DNA of 64,000 bases, from assembly GCA_965649825.1 (NCBI GenBank), contig OZ287703.1, positions 615,722-679,721 on the forward strand. Direction: 5' to 3'. The notes beneath the pieces were generated by a model. It did not search any database. It saw nothing but the letters and a program-made list of their open reading frames with translations, and was not told the DNA's origin. The DNA is from Penicillus capitatus. Lineage: Eukaryota > Plantae > Chlorophyta. Shown here piece after piece: positions 26,435 through 39,061 of this stretch (the stretch's first letter is position 1; the number at the start of each line of letters is the position of its first letter). Made by a program: the position numbers and the translations under genes.

Positions 26435-27947
26435 TCGAATGGTCAGAACGGAAGGAAGGTACTGCCGAGTAAAGAGCTGGCTGCTCCTGTAGAAAAGAAG
26501 AGTTTTGTGCTTAATGTTACCTTGAAAGGATGCAGCTTCCTGTACAGGTTTTTCATTAACAGAACTGCTTTTTTCTAGCTCTTTCCGCGGCATGGACCCT
26601 TGTTGAGATTTGTTTTCTTTGGAGATGCATCTCTGTATCGGTCCTGGGCTAGGTGTTGGGTTGATGATTGATTTTTCTGCTTTCTTAGAGCTTTCTATTC
26701 TCATCTGCGGCTCAAGGAAGTCAAATTGAAGGATATCTTATCTGGCATTCTTACAGGTGTCTTTGGAAGAGATTCTCCAAATAATGCACATGCACGCGTG
26801 ATTGAAAGCGCAATCACCCGCTATTAAGGTTACTGCTAGTTCAAAGATTGATGTTTGTGCAATGGTGGCGGTGGTGAGGGAAATAAGAACTCTCATCTGT
26901 TGTTTGTTGTTGTTGTTAGTCTAATGTGGGCAAGCTTGTCGAGTGAATCCGTAACACATGCTTGAGTGTTGCATGCAAGCGTAATGACAAGACAGACTTG
27001 ATGGCGATTTGTATCCACAGAAGCCGTAGGTGTCCATGGCCCGTCCATGTCCAATGCAAATGGTAGTAGATTCGTATAAAGCTCGTGTTTGGATCGCTGC
27101 CTATTTTTCCTGATTCCTTACGCACCGGCACTTTTCCTGTCATTTTTTTCTTCTTCTTTCCCACCCAGAGTAAGATTCTATTTTTTGGTGAATGTAAATG
27201 CACGTCTCCAATAATTTTGATCGTAGAAATAGAGCGAGCATACATCCTCCCAGTGCGTCCTTCTCCTCTGGTTGATTAAGTTATGCCTCGATGAAGAAAA
27301 GAAGAAATTTGATCACTCATGAGCGACCGTCTCTTACTCATTTTTTTCTTCCCTTGTTTGTTGTACCCTCCGAATTGCACTTCGTTAATGCGCGGTGGTG
27401 GCTAAGGGCATTTCGGTCGATTTTACGATGTATCGGTCTTCAAATTCCATTTTGTTAAGCAGGGTACTGAGATCACTGTTGGCGTCGTTGCCCGGCCACG
27501 CTAGCAACTGTTGAATGTGAAGACCATTGGGTGGATGCTCCGAAGAGCGATGGGACATTCTGGCGATGATGTTCCCGTTCTTTATTCACTGAAATTGTTT
27601 CTGACACACCTATGATGATAGATATCGCGTGGTAAAGTTGATCGTTTGCAGAACTTCCACTTGCCCCACTATAAACATGAAGAAGCACTTTGCAATTCTC
27701 ATATTTTATTCCGAGCAATATCTAACCGCTTTACGGAAGTGTAAGGATTATATTGATATGAATCCACCCTCTCCCCTTCCCAAACTTACCTGCGAACGAA
27801 CGCACCCCTATGATACCTCATTCCTCTTGTGCTTTGCAGGCAGAGAGACAACGACGCGAGACCTCAGCCTCGGGACAATCACAGTAGAGAGAAAAAATTT
27901 CACCAATTGATCCATCGTTTGTTTATCTTAGGACAAGGGACATTTGA

Positions 27948-30900
27948 TCAAACGCCTTCCAGTTTGTCCTCGATATCGGTATAGAGAGCCTGAAGTTTCT
28001 GGACTTGCTCATCGCTCGCTTTCCAGAATCCTCTGCCCGTCGCTTCCAACATCCGTCGGATCACGTTACGAAACGCCTGATGATATGTCACACATGTCGG
28101 TCACACATACTCTGCCTGGAATGCGCACGCACTTGAGGATTGGCCTGTCTCAGTGTCTTTGCCATTTCTGGATCGAAAGCGTAGGTGGATGCCGCTTCGT
28201 CCCAAGACCAATCCTCTGCAAAGTCTGTCGTGGCACCCCAGCCAACCATGGCTGTCATTCTCTGGGAGATTTCAAAGGCGCCGCCCGATCCCTGCTCGGC
28301 CATCGCTTTCGCCCAGCGTGGATTCAGCAGCTTCGTTCGGTATTCCATGCGCAGGACTTGGTCGAGCTGCTGAGGACGTACCTCTTTGGAAAACGTTTCC
28401 ACCACGCTGCAGTCCACCGTCTCCTCTCCACGGACATTCCTTATGGCTCGAACGAGCGCTCCTGTATTGGCATAGTATTCCTGCAGCAGTCCATACATCT
28501 GTGTTCAGAGAAGGCAGTCGTGGACGAGTCATGTGCCTGGATGTCGGTGAGGCCGTACTCGACGGAATCGATCTCCTGGATGACGTGACTGGTGGACTTC
28601 AGCAAGGATTGGAGCACTTCTGGCCGAGCTGTTCCTTTCTCGCCCCTTCCGTAAGAAAATGAGTTTCGTGATGCCCACGTCGTTCCCAGTTCCTGGTTGT
28701 TTATCCAATCGGACGCACCCACCCGTTCGTTAACCATGGAACCGAAATCTCCGGCAGGGTTGGAGAATAGACGTGCCGATGTGCCATCCGCCAGACCGTC
28801 ATCTCCCATCTCCAAAGCATGTTTGCGGACAAAATTCATTTCCGGCGGCTCGTCTGCCTCCGACGCTCTCTTGAATAAATCATCCAACAATTCCACCACG
28901 TTCTGAAAAGAGTCTCGGAAGATGCCACTCATATGACACAAGCAATCGATGCGTGGTCGTCCGTTGAGCTGTTCCAGTGGCAACAGCTCAAACCGAGCAA
29001 TCCTGCCGGTGCCTTCCTGAATGGGCGTGGCACCGACCAATGACAGCACGATCGCAACGGATTCGCCTTTTGTCTTGATACTGTCCAGTCCCCACAGATT
29101 CACAGCGATGGTTTCGGGAAGAGTACCGTTCCGCTGAATGTGTTGTTCGATGATGGCCTCGGCGACCTTTTGGCCGCGATCGATGGCAGTGGGTCCAGGC
29201 ATGCGATAGGGATCGAGCGCAAAGATGTTTCGGCCTGTTGGCAGCACGCCAGCCCCATCTCGTAGCAAGTCTCCCCCTGGAGCGGGCTGCACGTATTCTC
29301 CGTTTAATGCGCGGACAATGCTCTCCATCTCTTCGGTATTCTGTTGCAAGAGATTCTTGATCTCGATGGCATGCAGAATGCGTTGCCGTTGAGTGTCGTC
29401 TGTTGCCATCCGCTCAGCCGTCGTTCCGTTGGAAGACACACGGGCGATGACATCCTCTGGCAGATCGGCTCCGAAATAGGCCTCCAGATAACGAGCAATG
29501 GCGTCTGAGTCTGGTCTCTTTCCCAATACATGCAGACCTTCAGAATAGAGACGGTTCTCCAGTACCTGCACACAAAAGAGTAAGAAAAGGTGTGAGATAA
29601 ATATAGGGTGGACCATTAAGTACTGGTAGAGATCCGCAATGTAGTCTCTGAACATCTCGGACGTCAGTTGATGCACATTCTCGACCGTCAATTTGAACGC
29701 AGCGTTGTTTTTGAAGTCTGGATGGCGGAATGGACAATCCTCGTTCAGTCCTGAGCTTTCCAACAGATTCACAATCGATTCTCTCAACGTATGGCCGTCC
29801 GCCGCCTCTCTGTCGTCTCGCACTTCATCGACCAGGCTTTTCAGCTCGGCGAGTTGACGATAAAGACCAGCTCTGCCGTATGGGGGTACGTTATGCGAGA
29901 CGATGGTTCCATATCCTCGGCGCTTGGCGATGAGCGACTCGGATGGATTGTTGCACGCATAGACATAAACATTCGGCATATTTCCCAGCAGGACATCTGA
30001 CCAGGAAAAGCCTGTGTTGCCCAATGGCGCACCCGGGAGCCATTCGACCGTTCCATGCATTCCAAAATGCAGCACGACATCGGCGGCAAAATCATCCTGA
30101 AGCCACTTGTAGAACGCACAGTACTGGGGGTGTGGTGTGAGATCGCGTTCAAAGAGTAATCTCATAGGGTCGCCTTCCACCCCCAAAAGAGGCTGAACGC
30201 CGATCCACACGTTTCCAAACTGAAGACCGCTCACCAAGAGATTGCCACCGGCCGAAGTGGACAGGCCTCTAAAGCCAAAGCAGCTGTCACATCGTTGACT
30301 CATGAGAGAGCCCACCTGTAACGGTTGACATCGCCCCACTGTTTTTCGAGTTTCTGGACGAGGACGTCGTTGTCGGGAAGAAAAGGAATCGGTCCCCATT
30401 CGGACGGCCCCCATGTCTCAGGATAGGTCAGTCCTGCCTTGAGCTCCTCCGGCGTCACTTCCTTAGCCGCAATGGCGACGCCAGTAGCCGCAGCCGGACC
30501 AACTCCGACGTCCTCGACGCCTTTCTCTCCTCCAAAGATGACGCGCTGCTCCTGCTGCATCTTTAATGCATCGATCAGAGCTTCTCCATCCACGTTATCC
30601 GATAGATCACCCACATCGTATCCCTAAACGCCACGATCTCGTGTTAGGTGCGTTAAAACAGAGATAGATGACTTCTTGTTTGAGGCGGAGAAGGAGAGAT
30701 TTCAATGACTGTGGGACATTCAGTAAAGCTGCTGTGCCAACGGCGCCAACGCCTGGTGGGAATCCATACAGCAATACAGCCAGCTTTCTTTCGTGGACGG
30801 GTTTCTTTCGGAGCCCTGTCCACTTTCTGACCCGAGCCGTGAGCTTCTTCACGCGTTCAGGGATGAGAAAGATGTTGTCTCCGACCAGTCCACCCAATGG

Positions 30901-32731
30901 CACGGTATCGACAGATCCATCAAGTTCTGGAAGGGAATAGAGGACGACAGATTGGAGTCCAGCGACGCCATCTGCCATCCAGGATTCGAGATTCTGCACC
31001 AGTAGAGGCGCTGCCACAATGTATGGAATATTCTTGGCTGTCAGGATCGCCTGGGCAATATCTGCCTGTCTCCCTGCCTCCATGCTGCCGGCCGGTCCAC
31101 CAACCAACGGAAATCCAATGGTATTGACCACAGCATCGACAGGAATAGCATCCCCACGCAATGTATCACGTTTCTGGCTGCCAGATGCAATTCTCTGCTG
31201 TTCCGTCTGAGACGTCAGCACATCGCGGACAACCGTATGCGCCTCGATTCCTGTAATAAAAATCGGCAGCGGTTTTAGGCCGTCATCTTCAAAGAGGCGA
31301 ATCAGATCATTTATGTAATGTTGGTTAGTGATGACGTGCTTTCTGTAGAGCAGAATAGCAACGGTGGGAGCATCTTCCTGCACACGTCCATGCATCTGGT
31401 ACCATGTCAAGTACTCCTGTGGTGTGGCAAACACGCCATCATGATCGGGATGAACACATCCGGTGTTGGGCGTTTCCACAGGGGCCGCACAGCCAACAGT
31501 CGTTGTTCCACGTAAACGCCCGACCATGTACTGCGCCATATTTTCAATGTTCTCCGATCCTCCCTGTGTCCAGTAGTTGTACACCATGAGCCAAGTTTGC
31601 AGATCATAAGCCCTCTCCCCTGTCGACATTCGGCAATGAGATATTTGAGAAGAGTGTCTAGATGGCATGCCTGGTATGAACTTCAGTATTTTCGGGCCGA
31701 TCTTGAGAAACGATAGGTATCCCAGCATCCTGTCCTCTTCCTTTTTGGATCCGAACAGCGAGAGGAGTTTCTTCACAGCAGGCGGAGCTCCCTGCGATTT
31801 GCCTTTCGGTTCCATCGTGAACGTGCCGATCTTGTTCAAGGACATCAATTCGAGAGCAGATTCGAAAACAAATCGCGTCGGAATATGACGGGCGCGTTCC
31901 CGCAGCCATAACGCCTCCTCGTAGTCCACAATCAGACTGGCAAAGAAGACAGAGGCAGATTTCAGAGCCGCTTCCAAAGCATCTGGCCGTTCGTGGATAT
32001 CCCGATCATTGAACACCGACATACGCACATCTGGCATCTTTGCCGCGATCTGTCGAGATGCATTTCCATAGAGATCCGTATTGAACGACTCGAATCCCGT
32101 GATCAGAACGATGTGAATGTGTCCTTCCTGCTGAAGAGGAACGGTCGATGAGACATCGTTCATTTCGTCTCTTCTCTCTCGCCATGTGACAGCGTCTTTG
32201 GCATCTTGTAACTGCCGTTGGCAGAGATTCTGTTTCATTTTGAGCTGTTGAATGGTGGCCTGCAGGTGATACCATGCATCGGGCTCCTCCTGCATCACCT
32301 GATCCAGCAATGCCTTCATCACGGCTGGCTCTTCTCTGCCAATATCGGCGAAACGCGTGGCAGTAACGTCGCCCAAATGAAAGACCTCGTCTGAATCCCC
32401 CACGGTCACTGTCTTGTTCGAAAACAGCTTTCTATAGGCGTCATCCATCATCGACTCCACTTCCAACAACTGCAAGTCCACACACTATATCGTGCTTGTT
32501 CATGGAGACGAAGATGTTTGCTTTGGTCTGGAGCTTGTCGACCGTATCGCTCGCATAGGTTTCGGTAAACTCCTCGACGAACAGTTCATCGCGCGTCTTC
32601 TGTTTGCCATCAATGGCGTTGCATCTTCGGATCCGAGTATTCGGCGTCACGCGTCGCCTTCTGTCGCGACAATGTCCCGACCGTGCTGGCAAAGCGACAC
32701 GGAGCACTGGCACAACGCTCGGAGACAGCAT
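27948..32731 (-). CDS. CHLH2: Magnesium chelatase H subunit, CHLH2 type (CobN/ChlH superfamily), plastid transit peptide
   Basis: Arg/Ser-rich N-terminus; IVLITGFESFNTDLY, NTIGFPLVGGPAG, FGNVWIGVQPLLGVEGDPMRLL, HFGMHGTVEWLPG, LPTGRNIFALDP, LWGLDSIKTKGE, LLNPRWAKAM, AFRNVIRRMLEATGRGFW. Confidence 0.93.
31620..31670 (-). other. GC-AG intron in CHLH2
   Basis: CCA G|gcatgc...cgacag|GG GAG joins KFIP to GERAYDLQTW; 51 nt, the typical intron size here. Confidence 0.7.
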
Positions 32732-32843
32732 GTTGCAAAGGGCGTTACTCAGAATTGCGTGAGCATATGGTCGGATGACGTCTCGTCATGTGAAGTCTCG
32801 TCCAACGGCGAATGGTCTCCGCCACAATCGGCGTCCTTCTTGA

Positions 32844-33135
32844 ATGGTAATGACCCCCGTGCCTCCGAGCGCCGCAATAAAGGGCGTCACTGTTCTTAGC
32901 GACGTCCCTTCGAAGGAGTTTATTTTAAGTCTGGACCGAAAACAGCCGAGTCGGTGAGATCTGGCATCGCTGGTGACAGACATATGCATGTGTCTTGAGG
33001 TTTAGGCAGAAACTTGTGTTAAGGGACTTGGACACGACACACCTCTTTGTGCATCCAGACGCCGTCGAGTATATTCTCACGGAGCTGCGGCAGTTTCAGG
33101 AGCTCAATACGTACGAGGCACCAACACTGTCTTGA
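32844..33135 (+). CDS. TFB5: TFIIH p8 subunit TFB5 (REX1-S); absent from the ORF track because it is intron-split
   Basis: Intron 32954-33005; protein MVMTPVPPSAAIKGVTVLSDVPSKEFILSLDRKQPSRQKLVLRDLDTTHLFVHPDAVEYILTELRQFQELNTYEAPTLS* matches the TFB5/GTF2H5 pattern (KG...D...K.FIL.L...LD.TH.FV). Confidence 0.9.
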
Positions 33136-33138
33136 AAA

Positions 33139-33721
33139 ATGGATTCGGTGTCGACATTGACGTCTCTGCTCGGGAAGTTTCTCAAGAGACAGGAGGATCG
33201 TGCACGTGAGTATCAGCACCTGCACGAGAGATTCCGAAAAATGCTGGAGACGAAGGAAGAGGGGCCTTTCGTCGAGTGCATCTCCGAACAGACGCAACGA
33301 TTCGCACAGATCTCAAAAGATATCATCGACATCGAACAGCAGTTACATCAAGTGGGTACACAGTGAGTATCAAAAGAGTGAGAAATGTGTGAGATGGGTG
33401 TAGCTTGGCGTGGAGAGTGGTGTGACCTGTGCGAAATGGATTCGTGTCGTGCAGCTTGGGGAACAGTCCAAACTCCGAGCAACATCACAGCTACAGGCAC
33501 TACGAAAGAACTACGAGTTCGAGGAGTTTGCCTGGCAGCAGAGACCAGTGGATGATGCCTGTGATCAGTCCTCTGCAGACATCATCTCGGATGCAGGATT
33601 CAGAGAAGAGATGAAAAGGAAGACATTGGCATTGGATGCCGCCATCCATCAGATCAATGACGCATTGGACGAGATTCGATGCGTCAAAACCGATATCGAG
33701 ACGCAGCACCAGGCAAATTGA
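33139..33721 (+). CDS. REX1B: REX1-B domain protein
   Basis: FLKRQEDRAREYQHLHERF...EQTQRFAQISKDIIDIE...IRVVQLGEQSKLRATSQLQAL...INDALDEIR resembles REX1-B/C19orf60; one intron; position directly after TFB5 matches the REX1 locus. Confidence 0.82.
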
Positions 33722-34065
33722 GCAAAGCCACACAGAAGACACGCTTTCTTTGTTGCGAAACGGGAGATGCAGCTTTCTTGTGCCATTGGTGGGTGAAGAC
33801 ATCGAGGCATCGCGATAGGAGTGACCGTCGTCTTTCGATCGTGGACACAAATGGATGCATTTAACACGCGGTCTTCTCTAGGCCAACAGAAAATCTCTTT
33901 CTCTAGTCGACACGACAGAAATCTTCCGGATACTCGACAGACCCGACTGACCAACCAATCATGCGGCCCTCCATAAGAAAATGTGTATCATCCTTGTGAT
34001 CCAGTCAGGCGCGCATGAGAAAAGAGTGACCGATGAGTGAGAGCATTCATTGATGTTGTTTGTCT

Positions 34066-36522
34066 CTACGTTGTCGGTTCATCAGCAACGAGAGATTTTA
34101 ACCACATCTCGGCGTAGATGCCGCCCTTGGCCAGGAGCTTGGTATGACTGCCAGATTCTACGATGCGTCCATTTTCCAAGACAACAATTTTATCACACTG
34201 TGAGGCAGTAGATAATCGGTGAGCAACGAAGATCGACGTGCGGCCCACTGCCAGGTTCCGTACAGCTTCCAAGATGTCTTGTTCTGTCGTCGCATCCAAT
34301 GCAGATGTGGCTTCATCAAACAACAGCACCTGAGGTGCCTGCAAGAAAACCCGAGCGATGGCCACACGTTGCTTCTCGCCGCCGCTCAGTTTCAGACCAC
34401 GTTCACCCACAATCGTATCATAACCGTCCGGCATTTTGAGGATGGAATCATGTATTTTGGCGGCTTTGGCCGCCGCATAGACCTCGTCAGCCGAGGCACC
34501 CAATCGACCGTATCTACAGAGACAATCAGATGAAGGGCAATAGACATGTGGCTTGAACAGACTCGATGTTGTAGAAGATGCTCTCGTTGAAGAGGACCAT
34601 GTCCTGTGGCACCTGCCCCAGTGCCGATCGCAGGCCGCGGAATCGGAGATCGCGCACGTCATAGCCGCCGATTCGGACAGCTCCCTCATCCACGTCATAG
34701 AATCGGTAGAGCAACCGCAGGAGTGTGGATTTGCCACTGCCACTGGATCCCACGATGGCACAACTGCTGCCGGCAGGGATCGTGAAACTCAGATTCTGCA
34801 TGATATAATGTGTGAGAAAGAGTGAGAGTATGCTCTGTCCAGAAGCCTTACTTTAAAGATGGGCGCTTTGTCGTTATAGCTGAACTGCACGTTCTCGAAG
34901 GCCAGATCGTATCCACGCTCCTGAGACGGCAAATTGAAGGCGTTTGCCTTTTCTGTCACCTTGGATCGTTCTTTAAGCAACTGAAACATTTCTCCCATAT
35001 CGACCAAAGCCTGCTTCGTCTCGCGATACACCGTTCCCATGAAATTGAGCGGCGACGCTAACTACAAGATATCGGGAAAGATAATGTGCGTTGAGAGATG
35101 CGGCGGCGGCGGTTATACTTGAAAGAGCAATCCGTTAACCATCACAACATCTCCCACCGACAGACGGCCTTCGATGACGCCATGTGTCGTCATCATCATA
35201 GCGATGGCCATTGTTGTGGACAAGATCAAGTTCTGTCCAAAATTGAGAAACGCCAGGCTGTAGAGCGTCTGCAGAGCAGATTTCTCATACTCAGCATAGC
35301 ACGCATCGTGTCGTTTTCTCTCATGTGCTTCTGCCTGAAAGTACTTGACCGTTTCGTAGTTGATCAGAGAATCGACCGTCAGCGCCATTGCCTTCTGATC
35401 GGCGGCATTCATGTCCTTTCTGCAAACATAAGACTTATCAAAAATCATTTCTCCGATGATATCTACCGAAAGCGCATGCGCTGTTGTGTGACATAGAAGG
35501 TAAACAATGTGTAACTGGTAATGCTTGCGAGAGTGAGAACGCCGAAAGAGGGTCCACATTTGGTGGACAGGATTCCCGTCACGAGGGCCACTTCGAATGC
35601 CGTGGGGAAGACATTGAAGAGCATCGCCCCGAGGATAAACGCAATTCCCCGTAGACCACGGTCCATCATACGGCTCACCGCTCCCGTTTGCCGTTCCAAA
35701 TGAAACCTGCATCACACTCTCACTCTTTGCCTCCATCAGGCACTCTATATTCCAGCGACAGACTTGAGATCCTGAGCATGGAGATGGACGAAGACCTCAT
35801 CGGCTATTGTCCGAATGGCTCTCTGTGATACGTGCGAGAACACAGCGACGCGTAGTTCAGAACAGAGCGAGGCAGCACTGCGTATGGCCCCGTAGCCTGC
35901 CATCATCATCATAGGCGTCACCATGACGAGATTGGCCACATTGAGGGACCCCGTTGGATCAATCGTCAGTGCATCGATGGCATACTTAAAGACAAAAGGA
36001 ACCTGTTCACGTCTATCATCTCATTGCCAAAAGAGTGAGGGGCCATGGTTGGACCTGAATGTTTAGTATCTTGCCAGAGATGAGCAGGAAGAGGGAAGCG
36101 ATGACACGTCTTTTCAGTTCTGGATGATCCTTGGGCCAGAGATACGATCCCAGCTTTCGCAGAACGGCATCCGTCGACATCTGCTGTCGATCTGCATCAT
36201 CCTGTGTGCCCATCTGTCCATTCCTGCCCTTCTCATCTGCGCTCATTCTCTGATCCTTTTTCGAAATTTCTGCCGCCGTTGTTGTATGCCATCTCTCCCA
36301 ATGTCTCATCCACGCTTCGTGGCCACAATCCCATCGACGGAGTGGCCGGATCGCGCGACCCGGCTGTTGCTCGGGTGTTTTCGATTTCTCTTCCGTTCCA
36401 TGAGATCGGACGATCGACACCGTCGTCTCCGACGCCTGTTTGAAGAGGCCGGTCGTGTCTGGACGGCGACGGGGATCGAGTGCCGCGAGGATCACCCGAG
36501 TACAGCGCCGGCTGCGTCGCAT
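34066..36522 (-). CDS. ABCB7: Mitochondrial ABC half-transporter (ATM1/ABCB7 family)
   Basis: [43 protein letters not shown], Walker [10 protein letters not shown], signature LSGGEKQR, Walker [12 protein letters not shown]. Confidence 0.95.
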
Positions 36523-36678
36523 CTCAGGTGTCACATCACTGTCATCTCAGGGCTTTGAAGATCCGATTCTGCAAACCCCGTCGATTACTTACTTCATCAG
36601 CAGCATCGATTACGCGTTCTCTGCTTTGTCCACCTCGTCTCTTATTAACAGCACCGTTGTTCGAGATTCTGATACCCT

Positions 36679-36992
36679 ATGCGTCTTGCGCTTTCGACTG
36701 CCTCCTCTGCTCTTGCCCTCGGCGCGACGGCCATCGGCGGAATGGAACTCGGAAGTCAGCTCGCGGCATTCGCGAGTCACCTTACTCCTGGCAAACAAAC
36801 CGAAGACTGGACGCCTTCCTGCGTCCAGCAGCCCATCGACGACGCCAAACAAAAACCCGCAGCAAAGAGTTCATAACAGCGATGACTCACTTGCAGCATA
36901 CCCTAGACCAGACGAAGAAGAAAAACAACGCATCCCTTATTCTTTCGCATTTGATTAGAATCTCAGAAGCGCTAGAGAAGATGAAGGAATGA
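36679..36992 (+). CDS. Possible small (~86 aa) protein with N-terminal hydrophobic segment
   Basis: A 53-nt GT-AG intron joins MRLALSTASSALALGATAIGGMELGSQLAAFA to TAHRRRQ...EALEKMKE*; no homology recognised. Confidence 0.3.
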
Positions 36993-37285
36993 CCTCAGTT
37001 CGTGGTGCTGTGGATGAAGCAGGGGGTCTTGCTGAAAAAAAAAACAACACATATATTCTGACGGACTCTGTTGTTGAGGACCTAATTATGACGGACTTGG
37101 ATTCTTAATGCCCGCTGCTGACTTGATGGATACGAAGTCGACCTCACACATTAACTTTCATGGAATGAGTGAGATGACGGATACTTCGTGTAGCGAGCGT
37201 GTGATTTGTGTGGGAATTCACTTTAATCAAAGCATTACAGGGACATCGTGTGTGAGATGATGATTTCTCACTCTTTTTCGCGTTT

Positions 37286-37909
37286 CTATTCCGTTTTAGG
37301 TTTTCGATCCTTGCGGACTTTCGTCACGTAGGCAATCAAGCCACCCAGAATCGCCACGTTCTGTGGGGGATCCCGCTATCAGATGGAGAGAAACAGCGAG
37401 AGAGGTCACACTTTGAAAAAATTGATCATCTCCGGCACTTGATCATCTTGATAGCAGGCGGGATCCCAGAAATTATGCATCACGGGTGTCACGCCAATCA
37501 AGAAAAGCATCTGCATCAAGAGACCGTCCTCGAAGCCGAAGCAATTGCCGTGGCCGGACGTACCAACAACATTGCCCCGAGTGTAAAATCCAGAATGAAA
37601 AGACATGCACCTGCCACCTCCGTCACCCCCGCCACAAAGACCAAGTCCTTTGCGTGCTCCTCAAAATACACGAAACGCATAAGTGTGTCCGCGCAAAGTG
37701 TGAGATTGGGTTAACACTTGGACGTCGTTGAGTGGTAGAGGCAAGGGAGCAACGTGCTCAACCGATTGAAGAAAACAGTGCATCTTGGTCGTCACCACTT
37801 TCATGATCGACCCGTCGCGGTCGACATCGTCGCTCGTCAATTTTGCGACGCCGGAGAGGAGAAAGATCGCCGAGAGTAGCAGACGACCGCCAAACACCGC
37901 GAATCTCAT
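37286..37909 (-). CDS. DoxX/SURF4-like (HR-like lesion-inducing) membrane protein
   Basis: Four exons: GRLLLSAIFLLSG...EVAGACLFIL...TPVMHNFWD...INFFKNVAILGGLIAY. Confidence 0.8.
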
Positions 37910-37940
37910 CGAAAGAGTACGACACTTCGTCGAGAACGTG

Positions 37941-39019
37941 ATGATGATCGTGCCTTTGCGCTGGACAACGTTTCGTCCTTATCGTCTACGCTGCCCGAAA
38001 GGTCATCGCACGAGACCAAGGACGCGACGTCGCGTCATACAGGCAATGCAGGTGGACTTCTCCAAATACCATGGCATCGGCAATGATTTCATATTGGTAA
38101 GCTTCCGAAACGCACAATGGAGAGTGCGTGTTCACGAGAGGCGTTCAGATTGATAACCGTCAGTCAGCAGAGTTGACGGTGTCGGCGGGACAGGCAACGG
38201 CGCTCTGTGATCGTAACTTCGGCATTGGTGCCGATGGGATCATCTTTGCCACGCCTGGCAAAAATGGATCTCACTTTTCGATGAGGATACTCAACAACGA
38301 CGGCAGCGAGGCCGAAATGTGTGGGAATGGCATTCGATGTCTGGCCAAATTCATATCCGAACGCGACCAAGGCGAACAACGCAAGTTCAAAATCGACACC
38401 CTAGCAGGTCGGCACCAGCTTCCCCATAACTTCCTTTACTTGAACGTTTTGATCAGGACTCATTCAACCGGAACTTATGGGCAATGGACAGGTGCGTGTG
38501 GACATGGGTGAGCCCGTCCTCGTCGCGTCCAAGATCCCGACGACGCTCCCGTCTGATGCTGGGACCGGTCACGTCATTCGGCAAAGTGTGACCATCGAAG
38601 GCGAAACCTACACGGTGACGGCCGTCAGTATGGGCAATCCCCATGCCTGTGTCTATCGTAAGAATGATGGCCCCATCAAGATATCGGACATCAATCTCTT
38701 CCACATCGGTCCCCTCTTCGAGGATCATACGGCCTTCCCTGCCAAGACCAATACAGAATTCGTCGAGGTCGTCGATCGCGAGCACGTTCGGATGGTCGTC
38801 TGGGAACGTGGCGCTGGTCCCACTCTAGCATGTGGCACCGGTGCCTGTGCTCTGGTCGTGGCTGGCGTCTTGGAGAATCGCATTGAACGTCACTGTCATG
38901 TCGAGTTACCAGGCGGGACACTGGAGATCGAATGGGATGCAAATGACAACCACGTCTATATGACAGGACCGGCTGAGTGTGTGTTTACGGGAACGGTCAA
39001 GTTGCCGCCTATTGAATAA
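37941..39019 (+). CDS. DAPF: Diaminopimelate epimerase, plastid-targeted
   Basis: Arg-rich transit-like N-terminus; KYHGIGNDF, EMCGNGIRC, SMGNPH, TLACGTGACA, YMTGPA. Confidence 0.97.
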
Positions 39020-39039
39020 GGCAGGACCTTGCGCAAACG

Positions 39040-39044
39040 TGTAA
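39040..39044 (+). promoter_or_regulatory. TGTAA (UGUAA) chlorophyte-type polyadenylation signal; others at 7978, 21944 and 52425
   Basis: Lies 20 nt after the DAPF stop; the same pentamer occurs 12-85 nt after three other plus-strand stops. Confidence 0.6.
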
Positions 39045-39061
39045 CGCCATTGTGTGCCGTC

